In this document: positions 27,355 to 36,768 of the stretch, in pieces
How positions within the stretch are numbered: position 1 is the stretch's first letter
Layout of the letters: each line of letters opens with the position of its first letter
Assembly (NCBI GenBank): GCA_902567115.1
Contig: CACFLF010000002.1
Location: forward strand, 1 to 51,020
DNA length: 51,020 nucleotides
Direction of reading: 5' to 3'
Source of the DNA: an uncultured Alphaproteobacteria bacterium
GTDB lineage: Bacteria; Pseudomonadota; Alphaproteobacteria; Methylaequorales; Methylaequoraceae
Notes under the pieces: model-generated
Told to the model about the DNA's origin: nothing
Seen by the model: the letters and a program-made list of their open reading frames with translations, nothing else
The model's database searches: none
Translations under genes and position numbers: made by a program

Positions 27355-29636
27355 TGATTTCTGATGAATTAGAAAAAACCCTTCAAAGAACTCAAAAGTT
27401 CGCCAAATCCTTCAAACATCAGTACATGACGCTCGAACATCTACTTTTCTCTATGCTCGACGATAGCGATGTAATAAAAGTATTGGATGCATGTGTAATC
27501 GATAAAGAAAAATTAAAAAAAAATTTAGAAAAATTTGTAGAACGTAATCTTAGAGATTTAGTAAATGAGTCTTCAGAAAATGAGGTCAAACCTACATTAG
27601 GTTTTCAAAGAGTAATTCAAAGGGCAGTTATTCACGTTCAGTCCTCAGGGAAGGAAGAAGCTAACGCAGCAAATGTTTTGGTGGCAATATTTAGTGAAAG
27701 AGAATCTCATGCAGTTTATTTTCTTCAACAAGAAAATCTTAATCGTTTAGATGTAGTTAATTATTTGTCGCATGGTATTGAAAAAGAAAATGAGAGGGAT
27801 GATTTTGATCAGGTCCTGAATGATTATTCAGAAGACAACCAACAAAAAAAATCTAACGAAATTATTGAAAAGTTTTGCGTGGATTTAAACAAAAAGGCTG
27901 CGTCCGGTAAGATCGACCCAATCATTGGGAGAGAAAAAGAAATTAATAGAACAATCCATGTTCTTGCGAGAAGAAATAAAAATAATCCTATATTTGTTGG
28001 AGATCCAGGTGTAGGTAAAACAGCGCTAGCGGAGGGCTTGGCTTTGAAGATTATAAAAAAAGAAGTACCAAGCTCACTATTAGATTCAAAAATCTTTTCT
28101 CTTGATCTAGGTGCCCTGTTAGCGGGCACGAAGTTTAGAGGGGATTTTGAGGAACGTCTCAAAAAAGTCATTGATTTTTTTCATAAATTTGAAAACAACA
28201 TTTTATTTATTGACGAAATTCATACGCTCATTGGTGCAGGTGGAACTAGTTCAGGCTCAATGGATGCCTCCAATATTTTAAAGCCAGCACTTACAAAGGG
28301 TAATTTCAAGTGTATTGGTTCAACTACTTACAGTGAATACAGAAACTATTTCGAAAAAGACAGAGCTCTATGTAGAAGATTTCAAAAAATAGATGTTGAC
28401 GAACCTTCAGTTGAGGATTCTATACAGATTCTTGATGGATTAAAATCATATTATGAAAATTATCACGGTGTGAAATTTGACGAAGATTGCTCTAAAGAAG
28501 CTGTTAATCTATCCAAAAAATATTTGATTAATCTCAAACTTCCAGATAATGCATTAGATGTTTTAGACGAAACTGCCGCTGCTGTAAAAATAAACGATTC
28601 GCGGGCATCTAAAAATATATGCAAACTAGACATTCAGAAAACTATATCTAAAATAGCTAATATTCCTGAAAATAGCATAAAATCCGATGATAAAGTCAAA
28701 CTTAAAAGTTTAGAAAGAGATCTGAAGACTTTGATATTCGGTCAGGATAAAGCTATTAAAGTAGTCTCCTCATGTATAAAACTCTCAAAAGTTGGTTTAA
28801 GAAACAATGAAAAACCAATTGGCTCTTTTTTATTTGCGGGTCCAACAGGTGTAGGCAAAACCGAGCTCACTAAACAGTTAGCAAACACCATGAAGATGAA
28901 TTTTATCAGATTTGATATGTCTGAATACATGGAAAGACACAGTGTGTCCAAGCTTATTGGGGCCCCTCCTGGATATGTTGGATTCGATCAAGGTGGACTT
29001 TTAACTGATGCAGTAGACAAAAACCCATATTCTGTTGTTCTGCTTGACGAAATAGAAAAAGCACACCCTGATCTTTTCAATATTTTACTTCAGGTCATGG
29101 ACTATGGTAAACTTACCGACCATCTTGGAAAAAAAGTAGATTTTACAAATGCTATTCTCATTATGACTAGTAATATTGGTGCAGAGGACATTGTAAAAGA
29201 GAAAGTTGGGTTTTTGGGGGAAAATGTAAAAGATGATAACCAGAAAGCTATTTCGAAATTTTTCAGTCCCGAGTTTAGAAATAGGCTTGATTCAATTGTG
29301 AATTTCGAAATGTTGAATAAACATAATGCCATTAAAGTAGTTGATAAGTTTTTAATGGAGTTAGAATCAATTCTAATAAATAAAAATATTACTTTAAACA
29401 TAAGCGAAGAAGCTAAATCGAAGATTTTAGAACTAGGGTTTAATAATATTAATGGAGCTAGACCGATGGCCAGAGTGATCGAAGAAAAAATAAAACTTCC
29501 ACTCGCGAACATAATGTTAAAGAAAAATGATAAATTAAACAATATTAAGGTAGACTTTTGTACTGAAGTCAAAACCTTTAAATTTTCTTTTACTGATCAA
29601 AAAAAGAAATTAATTACCGTTTTCGCTGAAAGGTGA
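27354..29636 (+). CDS. clpA: ATP-dependent Clp protease ATP-binding subunit
   Basis: Clp_N repeat and two AAA modules (GDPGVGKTA, GPTGVGKTE). The ATG at 27354 overlaps the clpS stop (TAATG), and I prefer it to the track start at 27333. Confidence 0.95.
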   Translation: MISDELEKTLQRTQKFAKSFKHQYMTLEHLLFSMLDDSDVIKVLDACVIDKEKLKKNLEKFVERNLRDLVNESSENEVKPTLGFQRVIQRAVIHVQSSGKEEANAANVLVAIFSERESHAVYFLQQENLNRLDVVNYLSHGIEKENERDDFDQVLNDYSEDNQQKKSNEIIEKFCVDLNKKAASGKIDPIIGREKEINRTIHVLARRNKNNPIFVGDPGVGKTALAEGLALKIIKKEVPSSLLDSKIFSLDLGALLAGTKFRGDFEERLKKVIDFFHKFENNILFIDEIHTLIGAGGTSSGSMDASNILKPALTKGNFKCIGSTTYSEYRNYFEKDRALCRRFQKIDVDEPSVEDSIQILDGLKSYYENYHGVKFDEDCSKEAVNLSKKYLINLKLPDNALDVLDETAAAVKINDSRASKNICKLDIQKTISKIANIPENSIKSDDKVKLKSLERDLKTLIFGQDKAIKVVSSCIKLSKVGLRNNEKPIGSFLFAGPTGVGKTELTKQLANTMKMNFIRFDMSEYMERHSVSKLIGAPPGYVGFDQGGLLTDAVDKNPYSVVLLDEIEKAHPDLFNILLQVMDYGKLTDHLGKKVDFTNAILIMTSNIGAEDIVKEKVGFLGENVKDDNQKAISKFFSPEFRNRLDSIVNFEMLNKHNAIKVVDKFLMELESILINKNITLNISEEAKSKILELGFNNINGARPMARVIEEKIKLPLANIMLKKNDKLNNIKVDFCTEVKTFKFSFTDQKKKLITVFAER

Positions 29637-30740
29637 AAACTTTGATAGATAATCTGCTACTTCAATAGTTTTTTTATTTTCCTTTGCAAGAAAATCTTGG
29701 ATAGGTTTGCTCAATACCTCGTTGTTAAACCAGTGGTTGCTATAAGTCAGATTAGGCAAATATCCTCTAGAAATTTTGTGTTCACCTTGAGCACCAGCTT
29801 CTACTTTTTTTAATTTATTTTTTATTGCATACTCAATTGCCTGATAATAGCACAGCTCAAAATGTAAATAAGGTACATTTTCAGTGCATCCCCAATATCT
29901 TCCATAAAGTATCTCATTGCCAACAAAATGGACAGAACAACCTAATAATTTTTTATTTTTATATGCCGAAATTAATAGGATTTTTTTTTCATTTTTTGTA
30001 CTAATAAGACCTTTGAAAAAATCAAAATTTAGATATGGTCTGGACCACTTCTTTTCTATTGTATTAAGATAACAGGAATATAGGTTTTTGATGTCTTTTT
30101 GATCAATCTTGTCTCCTTCTTTGGTTAAAAATGAAACACCATGATCTTTAAGGAATCTTCTTTCTTTAATAATTGCTTTTTTCTTTCTACTTTTCATTGA
30201 ATTAAGGAAATCATCAAAATCGGAAAAAGAATTGTTTACCCAATGATATTGAATACCAATTCTTTTAAAAAATTTATATTCTTCCAGTTTTTTTGAAGTT
30301 ATAGAATCAATAAAATTTGCGTGAAAAGATGATATATTTTGCTCTTTCACAACTTTAAGAATAAGACCAATGATTTTATCTTGATCAACAGAATTTTTTG
30401 AATAAATAAATTTAAGCCTTGTAACTGGAGTAAATGGAATTCCGGACAGATATTTTGGAAAATAGTTTGAACCAATTTGATAATAAGCATTTTCAAACAT
30501 GTGGTCAAAGATGTATTCACCATTGGAATTTAATTTTTTAAAATTTGGAACAAATGCAACTATCTCATTATCCTCTTTAAAAATAAAGTGCTGCGGAATC
30601 CAACCTGAATTTTCATTTGTGCATTTAGAATCTTCTAGTAACTTAAAAAAGCTGTACCTCAAGAAGGGTGAATTGTCAGAAAAGTTATTTTTACAGAAGT
30701 ATTCTGCATTTTTAATAGAAGAAATTAATTCAATTTTCAT
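29610..30740 (-). CDS. DUF482 / FemAB-like GNAT-fold protein (the family Pfam labels peptidoglycan biosynthesis/recognition)
   Basis: SPFLRYSFFKLLEDSKC...GWIPQHFIF...NGEYIFDHMFENAYYQIGSNYFPKYL matches the N-terminal pattern I recall for DUF482 (NPFLSHAFL..LE.S...GW.P.H...YGEYVFDW.WA.AY...YYPKL). Confidence 0.7.
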   Translation of the reverse strand: MKIELISSIKNAEYFCKNNFSDNSPFLRYSFFKLLEDSKCTNENSGWIPQHFIFKEDNEIVAFVPNFKKLNSNGEYIFDHMFENAYYQIGSNYFPKYLSGIPFTPVTRLKFIYSKNSVDQDKIIGLILKVVKEQNISSFHANFIDSITSKKLEEYKFFKRIGIQYHWVNNSFSDFDDFLNSMKSRKKKAIIKERRFLKDHGVSFLTKEGDKIDQKDIKNLYSCYLNTIEKKWSRPYLNFDFFKGLISTKNEKKILLISAYKNKKLLGCSVHFVGNEILYGRYWGCTENVPYLHFELCYYQAIEYAIKNKLKKVEAGAQGEHKISRGYLPNLTYSNHWFNNEVLSKPIQDFLAKENKKTIEVADYLSKFSPFSENGN

Positions 30741-31236
30741 TTTGATTTATATATGAAATAGAAAATATTCCTTCAATTTCAACTGGAGAGTTTTTTGGCA
30801 AACTCGAAACACCTATAGCAACTCTACTATGTTTTCCGTTTATTCCTAATACTTTAATAATATAATCTGATGTAAAATTTAATAAAGATGAATGATTATC
30901 AAACTCTTGATCGCAATTAAAATAGCCCTTGATACAACAACACCTAACATCGGTTATTTTGTTTTTAGAATCTTTTATACAATCATTTAGATTCCACAAA
31001 AGATTTGAAGTCGTAATTTCCATTACTTTTTTATAATCACTTAAAGGTATTTCTTTTTTAATTTTTCCTGGAGACTCGATCCCGTTTTTAGTGATTGGAA
31101 GTTGACCTGATATAAATACAAAATTATTACTTAATACGAATGGAAGGTAATTTGCAAGTGAGCTATTTCTTGGAAGATATCTTGTAATATTACATTCATT
31201 TAATTTATTTTCCAAAAAATCATTCATCAATTTCAT
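30730..31236 (-). CDS. RidA/YjgF/UK114-family protein
   Basis: FVFISGQLP... and the C-terminal [21 protein letters not shown] are typical of the family. It overlaps both flanking genes. Confidence 0.7.
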   Translation of the reverse strand: MKLMNDFLENKLNECNITRYLPRNSSLANYLPFVLSNNFVFISGQLPITKNGIESPGKIKKEIPLSDYKKVMEITTSNLLWNLNDCIKDSKNKITDVRCCCIKGYFNCDQEFDNHSSLLNFTSDYIIKVLGINGKHSRVAIGVSSLPKNSPVEIEGIFSISYINQNEN

Positions 31237-32056
31237 GATTGCAAGTTAAGCATTTATATTTTTTTGATTCTTTATACATTGTAAAATTTCCACATTTGTC
31301 GCATGGATCACCTTCAAATGTGTAATTATTTTGAATCTTCTTAGCCTTAGATTTTTCGCTTTGATTAGTTATTAAAGTGAGGTTGTTGTCGAACACTTTT
31401 TTCCTTATATATCCTTTACTTGTAAATTCTTTTAAGACAATTTCAGCGTCTTTCTTTTTACTTTTTATATTTTCTCCTGGAAAAAGTTCCGTGGTTTGAT
31501 TTTGATCGTGATTACTAAAATCGTCTCTTCCTAAATATGATATAGCTAATTCTTTGAAAATATAATCTAGCACTGAGGTCGAAAACTTTATTTCTGTATT
31601 GCCATAAACTGGACCGCTTGGTTCAAATCGTGTAAAAGTGAATGCTTCAACAAATTCTTCTAACGGTACCCCGTATTGTAGTGCAATTGAAACTGCTATT
31701 GCAAAATTGTTCATTAAACTCCTAAATGCCGCACCCTCTTTATGCATATCAATAAATATTTCACCTATTGACCCATCCATATATTCTCCAGTTCTTAAGT
31801 ATACCTTGTGTTTGTTAATAGAAGCCTTCTGAGTGTAACCTTTTCTTCTGTGCGGTAATTTTCTTCTATAGGCTGAATTGCTTTTATCGGTATCTTTTCC
31901 TAAGATATCTTTTATTTGATCCATTAAAATTTTCTTATCATTGTCTATTTTTTTCAATGCGGACTTTACATTTTTATCATTTCCATCAACAAAATGATGG
32001 ATATTTTTTTCAACAAAGTTGTCGATAAAGTTTTTTAATTCGTTATATTTATTCAT
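31220..32056 (-). CDS. Stand-alone protein homologous to the C-terminal module of class II (B12-dependent) ribonucleotide reductase NrdJ (TSCPD-like domain plus Cys4 ribbon)
   Basis: [87 protein letters not shown]...[19 protein letters not shown] closely matches what I recall of the alphaproteobacterial NrdJ C-terminus. The protein ends with CDKCGN...CLTCNH. No catalytic barrel is encoded nearby. Confidence 0.7.
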   Translation of the reverse strand: MNKYNELKNFIDNFVEKNIHHFVDGNDKNVKSALKKIDNDKKILMDQIKDILGKDTDKSNSAYRRKLPHRRKGYTQKASINKHKVYLRTGEYMDGSIGEIFIDMHKEGAAFRSLMNNFAIAVSIALQYGVPLEEFVEAFTFTRFEPSGPVYGNTEIKFSTSVLDYIFKELAISYLGRDDFSNHDQNQTTELFPGENIKSKKKDAEIVLKEFTSKGYIRKKVFDNNLTLITNQSEKSKAKKIQNNYTFEGDPCDKCGNFTMYKESKKYKCLTCNHEIDE

Positions 32057-32082
32057 AAGATAATTTAATAATAATTAATAAG

Positions 32083-32451
32083 ATGAGCTTATCATACAAT
32101 TCTTGGTTTTTTAAAATATATTGTAACTTTTTCGCAAAAAAAATTGGTGTAGACAACTACGGAAACCAATATTTCCAAAAAAAAAAACGTTCTCAAAAAA
32201 ATAATTTTAGGAAAAGAAGGTTCGTAATTTACAATGGAAATGTTGAGGCGAGTAAAATCCCTCAAGAATGGAATGCATGGCTTCATCATATTACTGATGA
32301 AATACCAGACATGAAAGCCAACAAGCCATTCTGGATTAAAGAGCACATCCCAAATCTTACCGGAACACCTTTTGCATATGAGCATAAAGATAAAAAAGAT
32401 TCGTCAAAAATTAAAAATGTATATTCAATATGGAAACCGAAAAAAAAATAA
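32083..32451 (+). CDS. NDUFA12-family protein (complex I 17.2-kDa subunit-like)
   Basis: IGVDNYGNQYFQKK...RRFVIYNGNVEASKIPQEWNAWLHHITDEIP matches the NDUFA12 signature (GN.YY...RW V.Y...EAS.IP.EWH.WLH). Confidence 0.8.
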   Translation: MSLSYNSWFFKIYCNFFAKKIGVDNYGNQYFQKKKRSQKNNFRKRRFVIYNGNVEASKIPQEWNAWLHHITDEIPDMKANKPFWIKEHIPNLTGTPFAYEHKDKKDSSKIKNVYSIWKPKKK

Positions 32452-32882
32452 GAATAAAAAAGTTTTTTTACGGAGTCGCAGTATTTATAATCCTGCTTAA
32501 TCTTGTTTTTACGAAAAGAAATATAGTGGGAAAGGATGTAAATAACTATTTAGCAACGTTTAACAAAATTGACGGGGTTTCAGTTGGTACAGATGTTGTC
32601 ATCTCCGGGATCAAAGTAGGTGAAGTAAAAGAAATTTTTATTAAAGAAAATTATCCCCAAATATCAATTAACGTAAGTAAAAATATAGAAATTTCTGATG
32701 ATTCGTCTGTTTCAATTCAAACCGATGGACTTTTTGGAAAAAAATTTCTTTTAATTGAGATTGGAGGTAATAACGTGTACTTGAAAAACGGTGAAAAATT
32801 TTCTTTTTCTGAGGATTCAATTGTTATAGAAGAACTTCTAGGAAAAATTATATTAATTGGTGAAAAAAATAAAGGATTATGA
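32430..32882 (+). CDS. MlaD/MCE-domain protein, paralog 1
   Basis: An N-terminal TM segment is followed by an MCE core, FNKIDGVSVGTDVVISGIKVGEVKEI...DGLFGKKFLLIEIGG. It overlaps the NDUFA12-like gene by 22 nt. Confidence 0.75.
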   Translation: METEKKIRIKKFFYGVAVFIILLNLVFTKRNIVGKDVNNYLATFNKIDGVSVGTDVVISGIKVGEVKEIFIKENYPQISINVSKNIEISDDSSVSIQTDGLFGKKFLLIEIGGNNVYLKNGEKFSFSEDSIVIEELLGKIILIGEKNKGL

Positions 32883-33328
32883 AACAAAATTACATTGAAA
32901 CAATTTTAGGTGGAATAACATTCTTAATTGCTATTTCTTTTTTATTTAAATTTATGGAAGTTAACTCAGATAAAAAATCTGAAGATTCGTATCTCCTAAA
33001 AGCTAGATTTATGAAGGTAGGGGGGATAATGATTGGTAATGATGTAAAGATGAGTGGTGTAAAGATTGGAGTTGTAAGTAGTGTTATGCTTGATGAAGAA
33101 TATTTTGCAGAAGTAACTTTTAAGGTTTATTCAACAATTAATATACCCGAGGAAGTGAGTATTGAGGTTTCTAGTGATGGTATTCTCGGTAATAAATATT
33201 TATCAATTACACCAATTAACAGAGATAACAAAAATTTTTTAAAAGCTAACAGTGAAATTAAAAATGTAAAAGATTTTGAATCTATTGAGGATCAGGTAAG
33301 TAGAATAATTTTTTTAGCAACTCAATAA
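32879..33328 (+). CDS. MlaD/MCE-domain protein, paralog 2
   Basis: Same architecture: TM segment, FMKVGGIMIGNDVKMSGVKIGVVSSV...DGILGNKYLSITP. It has a 4-nt overlap with paralog 1. Confidence 0.75.
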   Translation: MKQNYIETILGGITFLIAISFLFKFMEVNSDKKSEDSYLLKARFMKVGGIMIGNDVKMSGVKIGVVSSVMLDEEYFAEVTFKVYSTINIPEEVSIEVSSDGILGNKYLSITPINRDNKNFLKANSEIKNVKDFESIEDQVSRIIFLATQ

Positions 33329-33330
33329 AT

Positions 33331-33555
33331 ATGAATAAAGCAAATGAAAAAGAATTTTTATGGATTGACAAAAATCATAAAATTATTTCGTGCGAAGAAA
33401 CCAATAAAGTTCTAAACGAAAATTTTATTGAGATCTCATCAGTTCTTCAAAGTGCGTTTGACGATGCAATTTTGATAGGCTGTGACGAAGATGATTTTAA
33501 AAAGAAAATTATAAAACTTATGAATAGTTTAGAGTTTTCAATCGGTAAAGAATGA
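33331..33555 (+). CDS. Hypothetical small acidic protein
   Basis: 74 aa, tightly packed (2-nt gap upstream, 4-nt overlap downstream). No recognisable motif, so the coding call comes from context only. Confidence 0.35.
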   Translation: MNKANEKEFLWIDKNHKIISCEETNKVLNENFIEISSVLQSAFDDAILIGCDEDDFKKKIIKLMNSLEFSIGKE

Positions 33556-33950
33556 GATTTCTTTTTTGTTTAACAACTTATTTTTTAGTAAATTGTAGCT
33601 TATTAGTTGCACAAGAGCTTGAATGTCAAGGGGCAATTTTAAGGGTTTTAAATAAAACAACAAATGAAAAAAATTATTTTACTACTCCGCTTTCTCAAAC
33701 AATAGAACTTTTCAATACGAATATTGTTATTCACAGATGTTTGAAATTAGAAAATGAAGGAAAAAATGATGAGGTAGCACTAATGACTCATAAACTTAAA
33801 AATAAATCTAACAAAGAGGAGGTTTTTTTGGGATGGATTTTCAAATCAACTCAATATTTAAACTCTCCCAACAATCCAATTTATGATATCAAATTAGAAG
33901 AATGTCTAATTGAGGATCCAATCTTTTTAAAAAAAAAGGAATCTATTTAA
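33552..33950 (+). CDS. DUF2155-family periplasmic protein
   Basis: It has a signal peptide. AILRVLNKTTNEK..., IHRCLK... and VFLGWIFKSTQYLNSPNNPIYDIKLEEC match the DUF2155 pattern (LDK.TG...C....FSGWMFASSP....HPVYDVWL..C). Confidence 0.65.
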   Translation: MRFLFCLTTYFLVNCSLLVAQELECQGAILRVLNKTTNEKNYFTTPLSQTIELFNTNIVIHRCLKLENEGKNDEVALMTHKLKNKSNKEEVFLGWIFKSTQYLNSPNNPIYDIKLEECLIEDPIFLKKKESI

Positions 33951-34569
33951 AGTAATCTAATACATTTTTCTCAAGTCTTTCAGGAAATATCGGATTTTCT
34001 AAAAGTTTATTGTCTTTGAGTAATTTTAAATATTTATTTTTAGAAATCTTTTTTGTACCAAATTGCTTTAAATGGTCAGAATAAAATTGTGTGTCTATAA
34101 ATTTAAACCCCCCTTGTTTCAATAATGCTGCTAAATATGTTAATGCAATTTTACTAGCGTTTTCTCTAATGCTAAACATACTCTCTCCACAAAATATTCC
34201 TCCTACAATAATACCATATAAACCTCCAACTAGCGATTTATCAAAATAACATTCAATTGATTTGGCGAATCCTAATTTGTGAAGCTTTGTGTAATTTTCA
34301 ATAATTTGTTTATTAATCCATGAATTTTTTCTTTTTTTATTTTTTGCACAAAGGTTTATTACTTTTTCAAAATTTGAATTTATTTCTATGGTATGAGTGT
34401 CTTTTCTTATTAGCTTTGTTAAACTTTTGGAAACTTTAAATTCTTTTAAATCTATTACACCTCGCTCTTTTGGTTCGACCCAATATATGTAAGGGTCGTA
34501 ATTTGAATCAGACATAGGGAATATACCTTTTTCATAGGCTTTGAGAACAAGATCAGTTGATAAAAACAT
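33943..34569 (-). CDS. aat: Leucyl/phenylalanyl-tRNA--protein transferase
   Basis: AYEKGIFPM and SLVGGLYGIIVGGIFCGESMFS..ENASKIAL are canonical Aat motifs. Confidence 0.9.
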   Translation of the reverse strand: MFLSTDLVLKAYEKGIFPMSDSNYDPYIYWVEPKERGVIDLKEFKVSKSLTKLIRKDTHTIEINSNFEKVINLCAKNKKRKNSWINKQIIENYTKLHKLGFAKSIECYFDKSLVGGLYGIIVGGIFCGESMFSIRENASKIALTYLAALLKQGGFKFIDTQFYSDHLKQFGTKKISKNKYLKLLKDNKLLENPIFPERLEKNVLDYFK

Positions 34570-34572
34570 AAT

Positions 34573-35907
34573 TTATGAGTTTAATCTATCATACCAGCTA
34601 ATATCAAATTTTGCTTTCACAAAATCTTGATGACTTAAAATTGTTTTTAAAACCTGAATATTAGTGTCTATGCCTTCTATAACATATTCATCTAGCGCCC
34701 TTTTAAGTCTCATAATGCATTCTTGTCGATTTTTTCCTTTTGAAATTATTTTTGCAACCAAGCCATCATAAAAGGAGGTCACACTGCAACCTGAATAAAG
34801 AAGTGAATCAATCCTTATCCCCGGCCCACCTGGTGGATGATAGGTTTTTACTAAACCAGTAGAAGGAAACATTGTAATTGGATTCTCTGCATTAATCCTA
34901 CATTCAATAGAGTGACAAGTTTTTTTTATTTGATCCTGATTTATTGTTAGTTTACCGGTAGATGCAACATTTATTTGTTCTTTTACAATATCAATATTAA
35001 ATACTTCTTCAGTTATTGTATGTTCTACTTGAAGTCTTGTGTTCATTTCAATGAAAAAAAAATTTCCGTTACTGTAAAGATATTCTACGGTTCCTAAATT
35101 TTGATATCCTACCTTTTCAAATGCATTTAAGGTAATATCACAAACTTTTTGTCTCTCATTTTCACTTATTGCAGGGCTAGGACATTCCTCAATAATTTTT
35201 TGATTTCTCCTTTGAATGGAACACTCTCTTTCTCCAACATGAATCAAATTTCCGTTATGATCTCCAATAATTTGTACTTCTATGTGTCTTGGATTCTCAA
35301 TAAATTTTTCGATATAAACATTATCATTTCCAAAACTTTGTATTGTTTCTTTTTTTGCTAATAAAAAATTATCCTTCAATTCACTTTCATTATAAACTTT
35401 TTTTATTCCTCTTCCACCGCCACCATTGCTTGCTTTGACTAAAACTGGATATCCAATTTCCTTTGAGATAGTTTTTGCTTCGGATAAATTTTTAACGTTT
35501 TTTTTACTTCCTGGAATAACTGGGAGCCCTAATTCTTTGGCAAAATTTTTTGCTTTTACTTTGTCCGACATTTTTTCAATGTGATCATATTTTGGACCAA
35601 TAAATTTAAACCCGTGATCATTTACAATTTTCGCAAAACTAGAATTTTCAGATAACATTCCAATTCCAGGATGGATTGCATCGACGTTAGCAATTGTAGC
35701 TGCTGAAATTATTGAAGGAATATTTAAATAAGAATTTTTGACTTGTGGGGGGCCAATACAAACACTTTCATCGGCTAATCTTACAAACATTTCTTTTTCA
35801 TCTGCAGTAGAATGAACAACGACAGTTTTAATATCAAGTTCTTTACACGCTCTTAGGATCCTTAAGGCAATTTCACCTCTGTTTGCAACTAGAATTTTTT
35901 TTAGCAT
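34573..35907 (-). CDS. accC: Acetyl-CoA carboxylase biotin carboxylase subunit
   Basis: MLKKILVANRGEIALRILRAC, the ATP-grasp GGGGRGI, and EMNTRLQVEH. Confidence 0.95.
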   Translation of the reverse strand: MLKKILVANRGEIALRILRACKELDIKTVVVHSTADEKEMFVRLADESVCIGPPQVKNSYLNIPSIISAATIANVDAIHPGIGMLSENSSFAKIVNDHGFKFIGPKYDHIEKMSDKVKAKNFAKELGLPVIPGSKKNVKNLSEAKTISKEIGYPVLVKASNGGGGRGIKKVYNESELKDNFLLAKKETIQSFGNDNVYIEKFIENPRHIEVQIIGDHNGNLIHVGERECSIQRRNQKIIEECPSPAISENERQKVCDITLNAFEKVGYQNLGTVEYLYSNGNFFFIEMNTRLQVEHTITEEVFNIDIVKEQINVASTGKLTINQDQIKKTCHSIECRINAENPITMFPSTGLVKTYHPPGGPGIRIDSLLYSGCSVTSFYDGLVAKIISKGKNRQECIMRLKRALDEYVIEGIDTNIQVLKTILSHQDFVKAKFDISWYDRLNS

Positions 35908-36341
35908 TATTCAATTAAGACAAGAGGTTCGCCGAATTCGACTGGAGTTTCGTTTTTAACATATATTTTTTTTACCGTACCATTTCTATCTGCAACAATT
36001 TCATTCATTGTTTTCATAGCCTCAATTATCAGGAGAACTTGACCAATTTTTACATTTTGACCTATCTCAATGAATTGTTTCGATCCAGGCTCCGGGCTTA
36101 GGTAGGCTGTTCCCACCAATGGTGATTTAAGTGATATTTCTGATTTTTGATCTACAGGTATTTTATTAGAAGAATCTGTTACTTTTTTAATATTTGTATT
36201 TTTTTTACTTTCATTTTGATTCTTTTTTAACTTATAGGATAATTTTCCGTCAGAAATCTCTAATTCTTGAAGATTATTCTTTTCCATTAATTGCGATAAA
36301 AACTCTATATCATCAATTATTTTTTTATCTTGTTTCTTCAT
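35907..36341 (-). CDS. accB: Biotin carboxyl carrier protein
   Basis: The C-terminal biotinyl domain has the IIEAMKTMNEI (AMK) motif. It is adjacent to accC. Confidence 0.9.
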   Translation of the reverse strand: MKKQDKKIIDDIEFLSQLMEKNNLQELEISDGKLSYKLKKNQNESKKNTNIKKVTDSSNKIPVDQKSEISLKSPLVGTAYLSPEPGSKQFIEIGQNVKIGQVLLIIEAMKTMNEIVADRNGTVKKIYVKNETPVEFGEPLVLIE

Positions 36342-36342
36342 C

Positions 36343-36768
36343 CTATAAATATTTTAATGAATTAATTGCTACTTGATAAACTTGAGTACCAAATCCTGCT
36401 ATGATACCATTAACTACAGGACTAATAAAAGAATTTTTTCTAAACTCCTCTCTGTTGTAAATATTTGAAATATGTACTTCTATTTTTGGAATCTTAACGA
36501 TCTTGAGTGCATCATGAATGGCAATTGAGGTGTGTGTAAATGCTCCAGCATTTATTATCATTCCATCATAATTCTTACAATTTTGAATTTTATCAATGAT
36601 TTCACTTTCTGAGTTGCTTTGGAAAAAGTTTAAACTTAATTTCTCATTTTTAAATATTTCGCAGCACTCATCCTCAATGTCTTTTAGAGTTTTTGTCCCA
36701 TACAATTCTACTTCTCTTTCTCCAAGTAAATTTAGGTTAGGACCATTAATAATTATAATCTTTTTCAT
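36343..36768 (-). CDS. aroQ: Type II 3-dehydroquinate dehydratase
   Basis: IIIINGPNLNLLGEREVELYG and INAGAFTHTSIAIHDA. The aroQ-accB-accC synteny is conserved. Confidence 0.95.
   Translation of the reverse strand: MKKIIIINGPNLNLLGEREVELYGTKTLKDIEDECCEIFKNEKLSLNFFQSNSESEIIDKIQNCKNYDGMIINAGAFTHTSIAIHDALKIVKIPKIEVHISNIYNREEFRKNSFISPVVNGIIAGFGTQVYQVAINSLKYL

Noticed and set aside
31220-32056. Calling the NrdJ-like ORF a pseudogene fragment
   Set aside because: The ORF is intact, with its own start and novel N-terminus, and it overlaps the next gene in an operon-like way. The homologous segment looks highly conserved rather than decayed. The pseudogene option is kept as the stated refutation test.
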